Positions 11,382-23,838 of a DNA stretch of 64,000 bases are shown piece by piece (position 1 is the first letter of the stretch; each line of letters begins with the position of its first letter). The position numbers and the translations under genes were made by a program. Origin of the DNA: Basidiobolus meristosporus CBS 931.73 (Eukaryota; Fungi; Basidiobolomycota). The stretch spans positions 1-64,000 of the forward strand of contig MCFE01000510.1 in NCBI GenBank assembly GCA_002104905.1, in the 5' to 3' direction. The notes below the pieces were generated by a model, which searched no databases, was not told the origin of the DNA, and saw nothing but the letters and a program-made list of their open reading frames with translations.

Positions 11382-12704
11382 ATGATGAACTCTATGCCAT
11401 CACCACTCTCACATGGAGCCCCACAGTTTGATGGAAAGAATGTGGAAAGCTTCATATTCAAATGGGAGAAGCTCTGCAAGATGTGCAGCCTATCTGAACA
11501 AGAAATGGCTGAAGACTTCCCCAACTACTGCATCAATGATATTACCACTGAGCTTCTCAGACAAGGAGACATTCTCACTGGCTGGGCCTTAATGAAGACC
11601 TACCTACAGACCGACTATGGTAGACCCCAGATATACTATGGAATTGAAGACCCCAGGCACTTTGGAAGAACTGGACTTTCCAAGCTACCACTTGAAGAGT
11701 TCATTCAACAGTATGAAGATATGGCCAAGCCACTCCTAGAGTCCCAGGCTATAACTGAGTTTACCATGACACTTTACCTTGTACAAGGGCTTCCCCAGGA
11801 CTTGGCAAGGAAAGTTGACTTACATGCAGCCAAGGATGACAAGTCTGGCATTCCTTGCTTTGCAGAGATGAACCGTGTTCTCCAAGAGGCAAAGCAAACT
11901 TCTACCTTTATGAGACTCCTGACATCTAATCTGCCAGACCAGTCAACCAAGGAGTCAAGGAGTGCTGCTGCTGACAATCAGACCTACATTACCAACAGAA
12001 TTGACCAACTTGCTGAACTGCTACAAAAGCTAGCCCTCAAGATTAATGGCTCAGCTGAGGTTGCTACTGAGGGACAAAGACCTTTGCCCAGGCACTGCAT
12101 CTGGTGTGACTCTACTCAGCATGCCAGACAAGAATGCTCAGAGCTTAGTCAGCTACTCAGAGAAGGAGCAGTACAGTTTGATGCTGATGGAATGCTTGCT
12201 GACAAGGAAGGAAGAAGGATTCCCACTAATTTCCAAAGAGGAGGGATGAGAGCCCTTTTCCAGAAATCTGACTCAGCAACCAGAAAGATTACTGTTGATG
12301 CCCCTATTGGGACTCATAAAGTGAGTCCAAGCAGCCCTGACAACATACAATACAAAGTTGATGTCTTTGCTACCAAAAGACACCTCCCTGAAAAACCTGC
12401 CAAACCCATCCTTAGAAGACCACAATTTGAAGAACCTGAAATTGTTATTGACAAGAGGCCTAGTATGCTGCCCACCCAAGATCCATTGCCTCACTTTCAG
12501 ATGACCTCTAAGATAGCAAGCTACTCAAGCCCTCAACTGACTACTGAGAAGTTGCTGAAGCAGAACCTCACTTTGTCGGTTGGAGAAATCATGAGTGTAT
12601 CCCCATCTGTTAGGAAGACCTTTGATGAGCAGCTTAGAACAAGACTACAAGCTGTTGAACATATGGACACCCATATAATTCAGACAAGCCATAAAGACCA
12701 CTAA
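11382..12704 (+). CDS. Gag (open frame, 440 aa)
   Basis: PQFDGKNVESFIFKWEKLC gag-like start and zinc knuckle C-x2-C-x4-H-x4-C (CIWCDSTQHARQEC). Ends at a TAA in frame with pol. Confidence 0.85.
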   Translation: MMNSMPSPLSHGAPQFDGKNVESFIFKWEKLCKMCSLSEQEMAEDFPNYCINDITTELLRQGDILTGWALMKTYLQTDYGRPQIYYGIEDPRHFGRTGLSKLPLEEFIQQYEDMAKPLLESQAITEFTMTLYLVQGLPQDLARKVDLHAAKDDKSGIPCFAEMNRVLQEAKQTSTFMRLLTSNLPDQSTKESRSAAADNQTYITNRIDQLAELLQKLALKINGSAEVATEGQRPLPRHCIWCDSTQHARQECSELSQLLREGAVQFDADGMLADKEGRRIPTNFQRGGMRALFQKSDSATRKITVDAPIGTHKVSPSSPDNIQYKVDVFATKRHLPEKPAKPILRRPQFEEPEIVIDKRPSMLPTQDPLPHFQMTSKIASYSSPQLTTEKLLKQNLTLSVGEIMSVSPSVRKTFDEQLRTRLQAVEHMDTHIIQTSHKDH

Positions 12705-15700
12705 AAGGATGATAACACTACTGAATATAAGACCTTTTACTCAGTTGCAACTGCTGTGGTGAAAGGGTATATATATGATGACCCTGTTGACTGCCATATT
12801 GACAGTGGCTCAGAGATTTGTGTTATGCTGCTAGACTTCTGGAAGACACTTAAAAGCAAGGAGCTACTGCCTGTTGATAGAGATATTGGATGGAACATGA
12901 CCAATGCAAACTCAGGATCTAGTCCACTCTATGGTGTAGTACACAAGTTCCCTATTAAGGTACAAGGAATCAAGGTCTGACTTCCCCTCTTCATCTGCCA
13001 GAAGGCAAACTTTGACCTTCTGCTAGGTAGACCATGTGAAACCAGTACTAAGGCTACAACTACCAACTATTCCAATGGGTCAGTATGGTACACCATACAA
13101 GGATCCAGTCCAGGACTACAGTCAACCTTCTGTGGTGTAAAAACCAACAATAAGAGGACACATACTGCTTGCCAGAAGGCACATCTTGTTATGGAAGAAG
13201 ATGAAGAGCCTGACAATATACACCCCAACACTTGGAGCTGCTCCTTAGGTATACAGGAGCAAACAGCTATGGTTCAAACAAAATGCAAGACAGTAGAACA
13301 GAAGATTAGACCATCACTTACCCCATTGACTGATGGATCTTGACCCGCTGATTACATTAGACCACCAGAAGAAACACCAGAAGATATATGGCTTACACCT
13401 GAGAGACTTAAGCAACTTATCATTGGTGATGGAAACCTAACACCAGAGGAGATACTATTACTCAAGGAGACCTTGAAAAGGCATGATAAGGTCTTCTCAT
13501 ATAATGACAAGCAGATGGGACTCTTAAAGACATTGGTTGAAAAACCCATGAAGATTCATACAGTGCCCCACACACCCTGGTCATTTAAGCCTTACCTACT
13601 GCCCAGAGGACTCCAAGCTGATGTGCATGACCTACTTAAGAAGAAGATAGAAGCTGGTATCCTAGAACCTTGCCATGGACCCTATGCTAACAGATGGTTT
13701 GTGATCAAAAAGAAGAATGGAAAGCTCCGATTCATTCAAGACATGCAACTTGCTAATGCTGTCACTATCAGAGATGCTGCTATACCTCCATCTATTGATG
13801 ACTTTGCAGAAAGCTTTAGTGACCACTCCATCTATTCAACATATGATCTCTACTCAGGATATGACCAGATCCCCCTTGGTGAGACATCAAGAGATATGTT
13901 TGCACTACAGACACCGTTTGGACTGTTAAGGATGATAAGACTCAGCCAAGGGGCTACAAACTCTGTGGCTCAGTTCCAGAGATGCATAGTAAATGTGCTG
14001 TATCAGTTTATACCTGAGAAACTTGCTGTCTTTGTGGATGACATAGGCATCAAAGGACCAAAATTTGGGACACCACTGAAGTTATGCCTGGAGTAAGAAA
14101 GTTTGTCTATGACCATATTGCAGACAATGATGCCATATTAGGAGCCATTGAAGAAGCTGGACTCACCATCAGTGGTGAGAAAAGCAGCTTTGGTGTATCA
14201 GAGATATCCATTGTTGGACAAAAATGCAACACCTTTGGTTGTTCACCTGGAGACTCCAAGACACAAAAGATATGCAACTGGCCTACCCCCCCAAATCCCA
14301 CACAAGCTCATGGCTTTGTGGCTGCTTGTGGGTTCTTTAGGATCTGGATCCCAAGATTTTCTGAGATAGCAGAACCAATTCACCAACTACAGAGAAAGAA
14401 CACCCCACTTATCTGGGGAGAAGAGCAAGAAGAAGCCATGCAACTACTGAAAGAGGCCTTAGTATCTCCACCAGTTCTAAGACCTCTTGACTATCAAAAC
14501 ACTGAATGCCCACCTATTTTGACAGTGGATGCAAGCCCCATAGGAGCTGGAGCACTACTTGGACAAGATGATGAAGATGGCAACCACTATGCCTGCAGAT
14601 ATGATAGCTGCCTATTCTCTCCTAGAGAACAAAGATACTGACAGATTAAGAGAGAACTACTAGGAGTTGTGAAGATGCTGAGGAAACTGAAGTCACAACT
14701 CTACATGACACATTTTATCCTGGAGACAGATGCCAAGCCACTTATAGGAATGATCAACAAGCCTGACCTACCTGATGATGCCACAAACCAATGGATGGCA
14801 TGGCTGAAAATGTTTGACTTTGAGGTCAAACATATCCCTGGCAAGACAAATGTTGTGGCTGATGCACTCTCCAGGAAGGGACCACAATTATTTGAAGACT
14901 TGGACCCTCACTTTGATGATATTATTGATGCAGAGATCTGACAGATTGCCATCAAAGACCAAGAGAGAACTACCTGGAGTCTGATCAAGGAATATCTAAG
15001 GACACTTAAGAAACCTAGTTGGATGGAAATTCAGGAGTTTAGAAAACTCAGGAAGAAGGCACATCACTACTATCTTAAAGATGATCTTCTCTTTAAGCAA
15101 GTGAAGCCTGGACTTATGCCAAGAAGAGTAGTCACTACCCCTCAAGAGCAACTGAACATCATGACAAGTATCCACCAAGGAGAACCAGGAGGACATAGAG
15201 GACAAGAAGCCACCTACAATACCACAGCTCAGAGGTACAACTGGAAAAACATGTACTATGATATCCAGCACTTTGTTGAGTCATGTGTAGCCTGCCAGAA
15301 GAGATCCTCCAAGCATTATGAAGAACCACTGCATCCTACTTACACAATCTGTCTATGGCAAAAGGTTGGTATTGACCTTGTCCACATGCCAACAGCTGGA
15401 TCAAAAAAGTACCTGATTGTTGCTAGAGATGACCTTAGTGGATGGGCAGAGGCTCAAGCCTTGCCCAACAACTAGAGCCATATCATATGGAGATTTATAC
15501 TCGAAGACATCATCTGTAGATTTGGCTGCATCTGACAGTTTGTTGCTGACAGAGGAGAGATGACATCCCAAATGATCCAGGAGTTGTGCTCAAAGTACAA
15601 GATACACATTGCTTTTACAACAGCTTACCACCCTCAAGCCAATGGAATGACAGAGAGAGGATATGGACCATTGGTGAACTCTCTTGTCAAGACCCGTGAG

Positions 15701-16237
15701 AATAGCACAACACTGTGGCCACAGCAATTACATCTAGCACTCTGGGCAGATAGAATTACTACCAAGAGAACAACTGGATTATTGCCATTCAAGCTACTCT
15801 ATGGACATGACTGCATACTACCAGTTGAGTTAAACACAGTCACTTGGAACTCATTGAATTGGAGATCCAATATGCAGACTGAAGACCTCCTTGCAACTTG
15901 CATACAGCAACTTGATCACCATGACTTGAATATCAGCAGAGCTGCTGAACAACTTGAGGATACACAACTAAAGAACAAGGTGCCCTTTGACAAATCACAC
16001 CCAATAAGACCAAAACCACTATCACTAGGAGACCCAGTACTACTCTATGATTCCACCTTGGACAAATAATGGAGTCAGAAGTTTGACAACAAGTGAACTG
16101 GCCCCTACCTCATTTCCAAGGTGATTGGAAATGGAAGTTATTACATATCTGAGCTTGACAACACCCAGTTGAGAGCACCAGTTGCTGGAAACCAACTTAA
16201 GTTATTCAAGCATAGGAATTTTGCACATCAAGATTAG
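12705..16237 (+). pseudogene. Pol (protease, RT, RNase H, integrase), 8 in-frame stops and one frameshift
   Basis: Motifs DSGSE (PR); DLYSGYDQI, QGATNS, FVDD (RT); DASPIG, ETDAKPL, NVVADALSR (RH); H..GHRG..C..C, GIDLVHMP, QANGMTER (IN). Frameshift at ~14075. Confidence 0.95.
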
Positions 16238-16262
16238 TTTGCTTTGACCCAAGTTCAAAGCT

Positions 16263-16276
16263 GAGAGGGGGGTGGA
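16263..16276 (+). promoter_or_regulatory. Polypurine tract
   Basis: GAGAGGGGGGTGGA directly before the 3' LTR. Confidence 0.85.
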
Positions 16277-17347
16277 TGTAGTGGGGTGACAGTGACACCC
16301 ACTGACAGATGTGCTCATTCCCTTATTTTCTACTTCCCTATATCTCTACTACTCTTATTTTAGTTTTATCCCATTTGTCTTACCCAATCAGTACTATCCC
16401 ATAAGCCGGTTGACTATCACACCTGCTTACCTTATTGCATAAGTTACCCCTCACTTTATGTAAGATTACTAGCTATAAGTACTTCTATATTAGGCAAGTA
16501 CCCGCACCAGTACCCATGACACATGATCAACCCATGTCACCATCCCTACCATTTCCATACCATATATGGTATCCCCATGTTACACAGGTTACTGAATACT
16601 GAATCCTGATTGGTTGGATGTGCTGTGCCTCTTAGAACCTTCCGGCACCTACTTAGAACATTCTTAGTTCATTCTGATGTCATTAAGATTTCTATTGATA
16701 TCTGGAACCTTCTGGAACACTATGATTTGTAATCACTTAGCCAGTAAGAAAAGTATATAAGGGAGGCTATCCCTCAACAATAAGTCATCATCCCTTTTAT
16801 CAATATACCAACTTGTTGATCAGTGTGATTACTGCTACCTGCTGCTACCTGAACTTCCAACCCCAGACCACAGGACACTCCCATGAAACCATGCTGACAG
16901 CCAACTGACCTTGGAGGCACTACTTGTGAGGAATACTCAGAGTAGGTATCTCTTATTATATTTGATTCTTTCCCAAGTTTGTTCTTGTACAGGCAAATAT
17001 ACTTTTCTGTCTTTGTAACTATTGACCACAGCTGCATTCTTATCAAGTCCCTGCTGGTGGAGCTTACAGTTGTTTTGACTTTGGAAGCTTTAGTACATTG
17101 TCATCTCAAAGGACGCTGAACCAAGCACATACTTTTGTTAAGACGCCAACTAAGTTGGGGATTGTAGCTCAGTAGTTTTCCCTTGACAAGCTTGTGGCTT
17201 TATTCCCCTTCACATTAGATTAGAGACAGAGCCCAAGTATTCCTAGCAAGCTTTTGCCAGAGGTTATTGCACCCAGTGAACACCCCACACACAAAACACT
17301 TGAGAAGTGTTGGATGTATATCTCCCTTGGACCTATACACCACCACA
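16277..17347 (+). repeat. 3' LTR
   Basis: 1071 bp direct repeat of 10171-11241. Confidence 0.97.
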
Positions 17348-19322
17348 GCGTTCAGCTTTATGTTTGTAGTATAGCCACTCAAATCCTTTCACAAATCCTT
17401 GCACAACAGCTGTAGATGTGTCAAGTTGGCATTAGTGATCTGCTTCTGGATAAATCTTCCTACAATGTCCACATATGACTCCCAATGCTTCCAATGTACT
17501 CTTGGTAGGAATTGCTTCCAAACACCACTTGAATAAATACATATCCAGTTCATCCAGTCTTTGCATTTGTATTGTTGCATATGTGTATGAATATTAGTTG
17601 GAGCCTGTAATAAGTACTTAGGGTAGCGGATATTCTGGAATATCATGCCAATTTTTCAAATTTCTCCGGTCTCTCAAAGGGCTCATTTAGCCTGAAATGC
17701 CCCATGTACAACTTGGTCATCAGTATAGGGATATTGTTGAAAAGCAAATGCATTGCTCCCAGTGGAAAGCTTTTGCTCCAACTGATACCCTTTATCTTAA
17801 GTATCTCCGGTTTCCAATCAATTCCATATTCCAGCTGATGGCTTATAGCTTGCCAACTTTGCTGCAATTGCATGCTTGCTTCTGTATGTTCCCTTTGTGG
17901 AAAGATGGTGTTCTTAGTGCTGGTGTTTGGGTAATTAAAATGTGTGTGAGTAATGGAGTAAATTCCCTGGATCTCACACATTCAACAGCAAAACAATCCA
18001 TTGTGCCTAGAAAAACCTGCTATCTTACTGATGGCTGGGGTATCTCCAATGCAGATAATAATATGCGCTTTTACATGACAGCCATTTACCATTATCCTGC
18101 TGGAAAGCATACAAAAATCATTGAGCAATGGATACAGGTAGCTATCCAGGTTGGACGGTGATTTAGGCCCAGATACCAGTCAGACTACCATCAAATTATT
18201 GCTCTGATACCGTAAGATGGGTGGCAGATTCAGATTGATGAGAATCAGTGGCCAGCAGGATTTGCTGGTAGAGTACTTGTTTAATGAGAATCCATCATGT
18301 GCTAAAGCAAAGACATGGTCATACATACCTTCAAAGTAGCCCTTGCTTCTTAGCTGTTTGTAATGTTTGCCATCAAATATATTGGATATGTTTGCGCTTG
18401 ATTGATACTGAGTGTGGTATTGTATAGCTTTGCAATATTTGTCGGACTGCATCAGCTTACTCAGATGGGGTATGACTGGAATATATCCCAAGTGTGAACA
18501 ATGTTTTCCCTCAATGGTGGTTGACTCCTGATAATTTGGACACATTGCAATGGTAGCATTTTTGGATGTGAATGCCATGTAACTGTTAACACATGCTGGA
18601 ATCAGGACAGTCTCTGGATCATATGTTGCTAGCCGCATGATGGTTGTCCACTTGTACCATATACATGGTAAGTTGCATCCCGGTATGATTTTGGCAAGAA
18701 GTATTAATAAATCCTCAAAGCCCCCATTACTGATATTAGTGGAAATGTTCCACTTCTCTAGCCACAACATTGCATCATTCACCAGTAGATGGATATTTGG
18801 GCTCACTTGGCTCCATAAAGTATCCTTGGCATTTGTTTTGACAGGTGTTGTCTCATTGCATATAGGGATTTGACTGGGCTCATACATGGTACTGTTATTA
18901 GGGGAGATAGGCTCAAAATCCATCAGTGAACCTTCTTCATCAGAGCTATCACTCTGCATGCCATATTGAGAAGGCTGAGGTGAGCCTAAAGGCATCACAA
19001 ACTCACCTGACTCAGTTTGCGCAAGGTGACAAAGATGGCCAGGTGCTGATATAGAAGTATTGACTGGCCTGCAAGATAATGTTAGTACAGTAGTGACCAA
19101 TGATTGGTGAAATATGACTTGGGTAGCAAAACACTGGCCATTATCCATGTAATACTTCCTAAGCTATCTGCATGCTTCATGGCTGAGAGGCTTGCCACAA
19201 TAGCCACATGGTCTTTTTTCACTTCTCTTACGGCATTGAGTCAAAGTAGTCTTGTCCATGGGGCAAGCAGTTTGATCTTCAACAAGGTAACAGTATTATA
19301 TTACTTTTTGGTCAATACTCAT
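17348..19322 (-). pseudogene. CACTA transposase, N-terminal and central part (Transposase_21-like)
   Basis: Motifs DIFDGKHY, FALAHDGFSL, CWPLILINLNLPP..RY, SFPLGAMHLLF, APTNIH...YKCKDW. Stops and frameshifts present; the start position is approximate. Confidence 0.88.
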
Positions 19323-19573
19323 GTGAATTGAAGACAGTCTTGTATCTCAGACATTGCACCTACATGAATGTAAGATTCAATGATGACCCACCATAGTAAG
19401 CATTATAAATAAAGTTGTGGCACCACATACACACATATATGTAACACTATTTCCCCTTTGGTTTGACTCACTTCCATATAACAAGTGGGGCTACATCTAA
19501 AAAAGGCCCTGTGGACAGTGTGCCCATTGAAGGTAATAATGCGGACTCCTCAGGCTCTCAGTCAAGTAGGTAA

Positions 19574-21436
19574 TTGAGCACATCTGCGGAGCTGCAAGCT
19601 GACTATTATGCTCAGGCAGATGAGAATGTAACAAACGTAGTACCCTCAGTTGAAGATCAGCAAGTGGCCATGATAACATCACCACCACCCATATTAGCAA
19701 GTATGTTGTCAGCTCATACCAAAGCATTAATGAAGCAATTAGGTGCAGTGGCTGATAGAATAGATGCAATGGCCCAGAAAAATCAGGAAGTGGTCCAGAA
19801 ACAGGATGAGCATGTAATATGTGTAGAGCAATCAATATCCCAGGTAGAGAAGGCAGTATCTTTGCTGCAAAGAAGGAACTCAAGTAGCTCAATGTCACAG
19901 CCAAGAATTGAGCCATTTCCTGATGTAACAGCAGAGGGACATCATACAGTCTTTGAAGCACAACAACAGTGCCCAAAGGTAAAGCCCACAGAGAAACCTA
20001 TCATAGCATGGAAGGGAGACAATGTGGTGTTTATACCAAAGCCTAAAAGTCAAAAGACATTGAAGATCTGTGAAGCTGTTGAGTGCAATAATGAAGAGTG
20101 GGCTAATTTACAAGAGGCTGTCAGAAGTCTAGCATGCCATCACCTTAAGGCTGGCACACCATGGGACCATCAGGAACTCAAGGCCAAGCAGAATGCACTT
20201 GACTTGTTTCATGAGCATTTTCCTGGATTCAGACAGGCAAATGGATTTTGGGCCAGCATTGGTATGCTAAGAAAGTATCTTAAGAATAGCAGAAACTATC
20301 AAAAACAGAAGAACAAGGGTGCCATGGCTAAACACCAGCGTCTTCCTCAAGAGCCTGTTACAAGCAGGGCCAAAAGCTCCAGACAAGCATCAAAGAGATG
20401 TTAGGCAGCTGGAAGAGTGCCAATTAAGGGCAAGCAGGTAGACATGGATGCACCAGCACAACATTTATCAAGAAAAACAAGTAGTACCACTCAAAAAGCA
20501 CCCAGTCAAAGTATCCGTGAAGGACCTGGCAGTGATAAAAACCAGCCGCCTTTACAGGAGCCCGTCGCAACTACGGTTGAGAGCTCAAAACAAGTTGAAA
20601 AGTAACGTCAGGTTGCCAGAAGAGTGCCAGCAAGGGACAAGCAGGCCAAAACAGATGCATCAGAGCAGAATTTATCCAGGAGAAAACGTAGTTCTTTACA
20701 AGAAGCACTCAGACAAAGTAGCATTGAAAGACCTGGCAGTGCTAAAGGAAAAGGTAAAGGGAAAAATGTCTACCCCAGCCTGAGACAGGGAGGCATGCAA
20801 AAAAAACTGGAGCTCTTGCCAATTAATGCCGCAAGCCAGGAACAGACTGAATCCCATCATAGCCAAGAAGAATTACCAAAAAGAAAACAGCTGTTCTCAC
20901 AAGAGTTGGAAGTGCAGCCAGTTGAGCTACACTCCAGCAAGGTAGATGAGTTTGCTGAAAAAGGCAATTTGTTTACCACAGCCTCCATTGTTGACAGAGT
21001 GGAGATCCCCCTGACAGACAAGGTTACAATGTCAAGAGCTGGAAAGACTATCACAATGCCTTCAGTGGAGTTTTGGAACATTAATAGGTGCACCAAGCGG
21101 TTGTAGCACTTCTTTAAGTGCAGTGCTCAAGAAAATGCCCTGAAATATTGCAAGGATTTATTGCAAAGACTGGCAGATGAGGGGCTAGACCTTGCAGTGC
21201 CAGCTGAAGATCAGGACATGTGGGAACCAGTGAATGAACAGTGGCATAAAGCCGTTGGGCTCCTGCCAAAGTCATGGAACCAGAGCATTACAGCAGAAAT
21301 ACTTATTGAGTGGTGGATTTTAATGGAGTTACTTGTTGAGTGTGGGGTTGAGCTTAATGTTAGTGTAGGGTATAGAGACTTGAATAGGTCAATGCAATTG
21401 GCAATTGAGGTACAACTGAAGTTTCAATGGAAATAA
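19574..21436 (+). pseudogene. CACTA accessory ORF (~620 codons, 3 in-frame stops), divergent from the transposase
   Basis: ORFs 19574-20404, 20417-20605, 20624-21106 and 21161-21436 all lie in one frame. Coiled-coil N-terminus and a W..LQ..V...L....W..Q.......F...FP.F......W...LR.YL.N segment. Confidence 0.75.
20330..20745 (+). repeat. In-frame 207 bp (69-codon) tandem duplication inside the accessory ORF
   Basis: GACCTGGCAGTG at 20523 and 20730; AGAGTGCCA at 20414 and 20621. Confidence 0.85.
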
Positions 21437-21766
21437 ATCAATTTGTACACATGAAAAGTAAGAGAAATGGTTAAGTCAGGAAGTAAGGAGTGTGAAAAAG
21501 AGGCAATAGCCAATCAATTCACACAAATGTAGGAGGCAATAGAGTGTCCAGGATCAGAAAGTGAGCAAACTGGCAGGGAACCAATCAAAAGCCACTTATA
21601 CACTGTTGTGATGAACAATTTGACAAAGTTTTTTGTGAAATCTGGGGTGTGATTATTTTTCAACAGTCTCTGGACAGTGTCCTGACAAGATCAGTACCTT
21701 TTAGTCATGGGACATTAGTTTTGTGACGGCCTTTTGACGGGATCATCTCAATAATTTTTCATAAGG

Positions 21767-21905
21767 ACACCTTCAAGTCCATCAGGGATGCAAGGAGGTG
21801 GCACATGGAGGATAGCCAGGAACAGTTGGAAAGTATTGCAGACAGATATGCACATGGATACATCTATGCCTTTGGCATTAACAAGTTAAGCAGCTCCAAT
21901 GCAAG
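21767..21905 (+). pseudogene. Fragment of another CACTA transposase 3' region
   Basis: Similar to the reverse complement of ~9860-10000 (ACCTTCAAGTCCATCA...TGGCACATGGAGGA...GCAGCTCCAATGC). Confidence 0.75.
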
Positions 21906-22873
21906 GGAGATACCAAATTACTTTTCATAGGGTCATGCAGAGCCTGGGATTGCAAGAGAGATTCTCATTTGCTGTCTGTGAGTGTCCAAAAAAGATATGG
22001 TGACTCTAGCTTCTACTATAAGCTAGACAGAGCAAATTCAACTCTATTGGCTTTAAGTGTGGATGAACTTGTTGTAGCCACTAATAACCAAAAACTTTTG
22101 GGAGTGACTAAATCCAGCCTATCCAAGGGGCTCAGAATGTCCTAAATAGCAGAGCTCAGTTACAACTTAGGGATACAGCTCTCCATAGATAGATATACTC
22201 TGGTCATTACCTTGAGAGAGTCCAAGTATATTCAAGATTTAATTTAGACAACTAGATCAAAAACTGCAATCCAACAGCTGCCCAGTACAGCTAATCCTCA
22301 ATTGGATCAGAATTCAACCATATTAAGTAAGATTAGTGCCCTCTGAATGCTCAGACTTTGCTTGCCAATATATAGCTAGCAGCATGATATATATTATGCT
22401 AGGAGCACATTCAGATGTCTCCCATTTGTTTGGAGCTTTTAGCCAGCAAAATTGGCACAATGAATCTAATCATATTGCAGCAATTAAGTGAATATATGGA
22501 TACCTAAAAGGAACTGCTAATATCTGCTTCAAGTTCACCTATCAGAATAAAGAATAGGATTTTTTGCAATTCTCTGATGCTGATTGAGGACAAATTTGGA
22601 AGACAGCAGATCTAACACAAGATATACCTTTCTTCACTGTAAAGAAGCTATTCTAAGGAATTCATGAAAGCAACCCCCTATAGTACTTCCCATTGCAGTG
22701 GCAGAGTAGATTGCAGTCTGCAAGGCTAGAAAAGATGCAATGTGGCTAAGAAAGCTTTATAAAAACTTTGGCCTATGCCAAGAGCCCCTACAACACTATT
22801 ACAAGAAAATCATGGATGTATAAAATTGGATACATATCCAGCTTATGATACTGGATCTAAGCACATAGAAATT

Positions 22874-23191
22874 CCCTATGAAAAATTGCAAACTTGGAAT
22901 TCATCTGGTGTTCAGCTGGTATTCAGCTGGTATTATAATGGCATTTTGCTGGCATTCAGCTGGTGTATTTGGTTCAAATTTCAAATGCAATTTTTGATGA
23001 GAGTAATAGGCAGCAAGTTACCAACTATGGTATGAATGGTTGTTGGCCTAGTCTCCACCTGGAGAACCTGTTTACTTGCCGGCCCATTAGCTAACAGCAG
23101 AGATATTGATTTTGTCAATTTTGAGAAACTTGGAATTTAGCTGCTATTAGGATGGTAGTTTGCTGGCCTTTTCCTAATTTTTTTCCTAGGG
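22874..23191. mobile_element. 318 bp non-autonomous CACTA/CMC derivative with 3 bp TSD
   Basis: TIRs CCCTATGAAAAA / CCCTAGGAAAAA, flanked by ATT on both sides. Removing it restores the Copia RNase H sequence (CACATAGAAATT|GGGCATCAT). Confidence 0.88.
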
Positions 23192-23490
23192 ATTGGGCAT
23201 CATTTGATATAGGAAGCTATAGAGAACAATGCAGTTAGCTTGATTTACTGTCCTACTGATGAAATGATTACAAAAGATATATCAAATCATTGGCTAGAAA
23301 CAAGCTTGAATACCCTAGATCACAGTTAAGACTAGATGATATGAGCATTTGGTGGAACATAAGTGTTATAAGTTTTGTTATTATACCTGGACACTCTCCT
23401 AAGATAGTCACATGTATTCTAACCAGCAAATCTTAAAGAACTCTGACCAAATTCATACTTAGGATTTACTATGAATATTTCACCAAAAAC

Positions 23491-23838
23491 TGTTGTAGAA
23501 ATTTGCAATTCCACCTAAATATTCACCTAACTTAGCCACTTAAATCACTACCTAAGAATCTTAGAGAACACTGGCAAAATTCCTTGACAGGATATGCTTA
23601 GAATATTTTCACCAAAATATCAGGTTCCCAGCATATGAAAATCCACAAAGCTGTCTAAACCGCCCCAAACTTTGCACACATGTTCTTGAGCCTTCCTAAG
23701 CCTATTCTATGTGTTTGTTATGCCAAGACCATGTAAAAGTATAAAGACTACCTTTACATTCAATGAGCCATTAAATGAAAACCACATAATCTACTTGTTC
23801 GCCCAATCACTTCCAATATCTCCAATACTCTTACAACA
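23491..23838 (+). mobile_element. Copia solo LTR inserted inside an LTR of its own family
   Basis: TGTTGTA...TTACAACA, 348 bp. Flanks AAAAC / AAAGC (4/5 TSD match); the outer LTR resumes at CAGGTACCC. Confidence 0.85.

Larger units (their letters stand above)
10171..17347 (+). mobile_element. Full-length decayed Ty3/Gypsy LTR retrotransposon (family A)
   Basis: Two 1071 bp LTRs (TG...CA), PBS, PPT, and domain order gag-PR-RT-RH-IN. Confidence 0.97.
8911..21766 (-). mobile_element. CACTA/En-Spm (CMC) DNA transposon carrying a nested Gypsy insertion
   Basis: TIRs CCCTATGAAAAATAA (8911) and the reverse complement CCTTATGAAAAATTA (21766), 13/15 match. Subterminal TGACGG/CCGTCA motifs at both ends; Transposase_21/DUF4218-like ORF on the - strand. 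Flanks (AAT / ACA) do not form a TSD. Confidence 0.75.
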
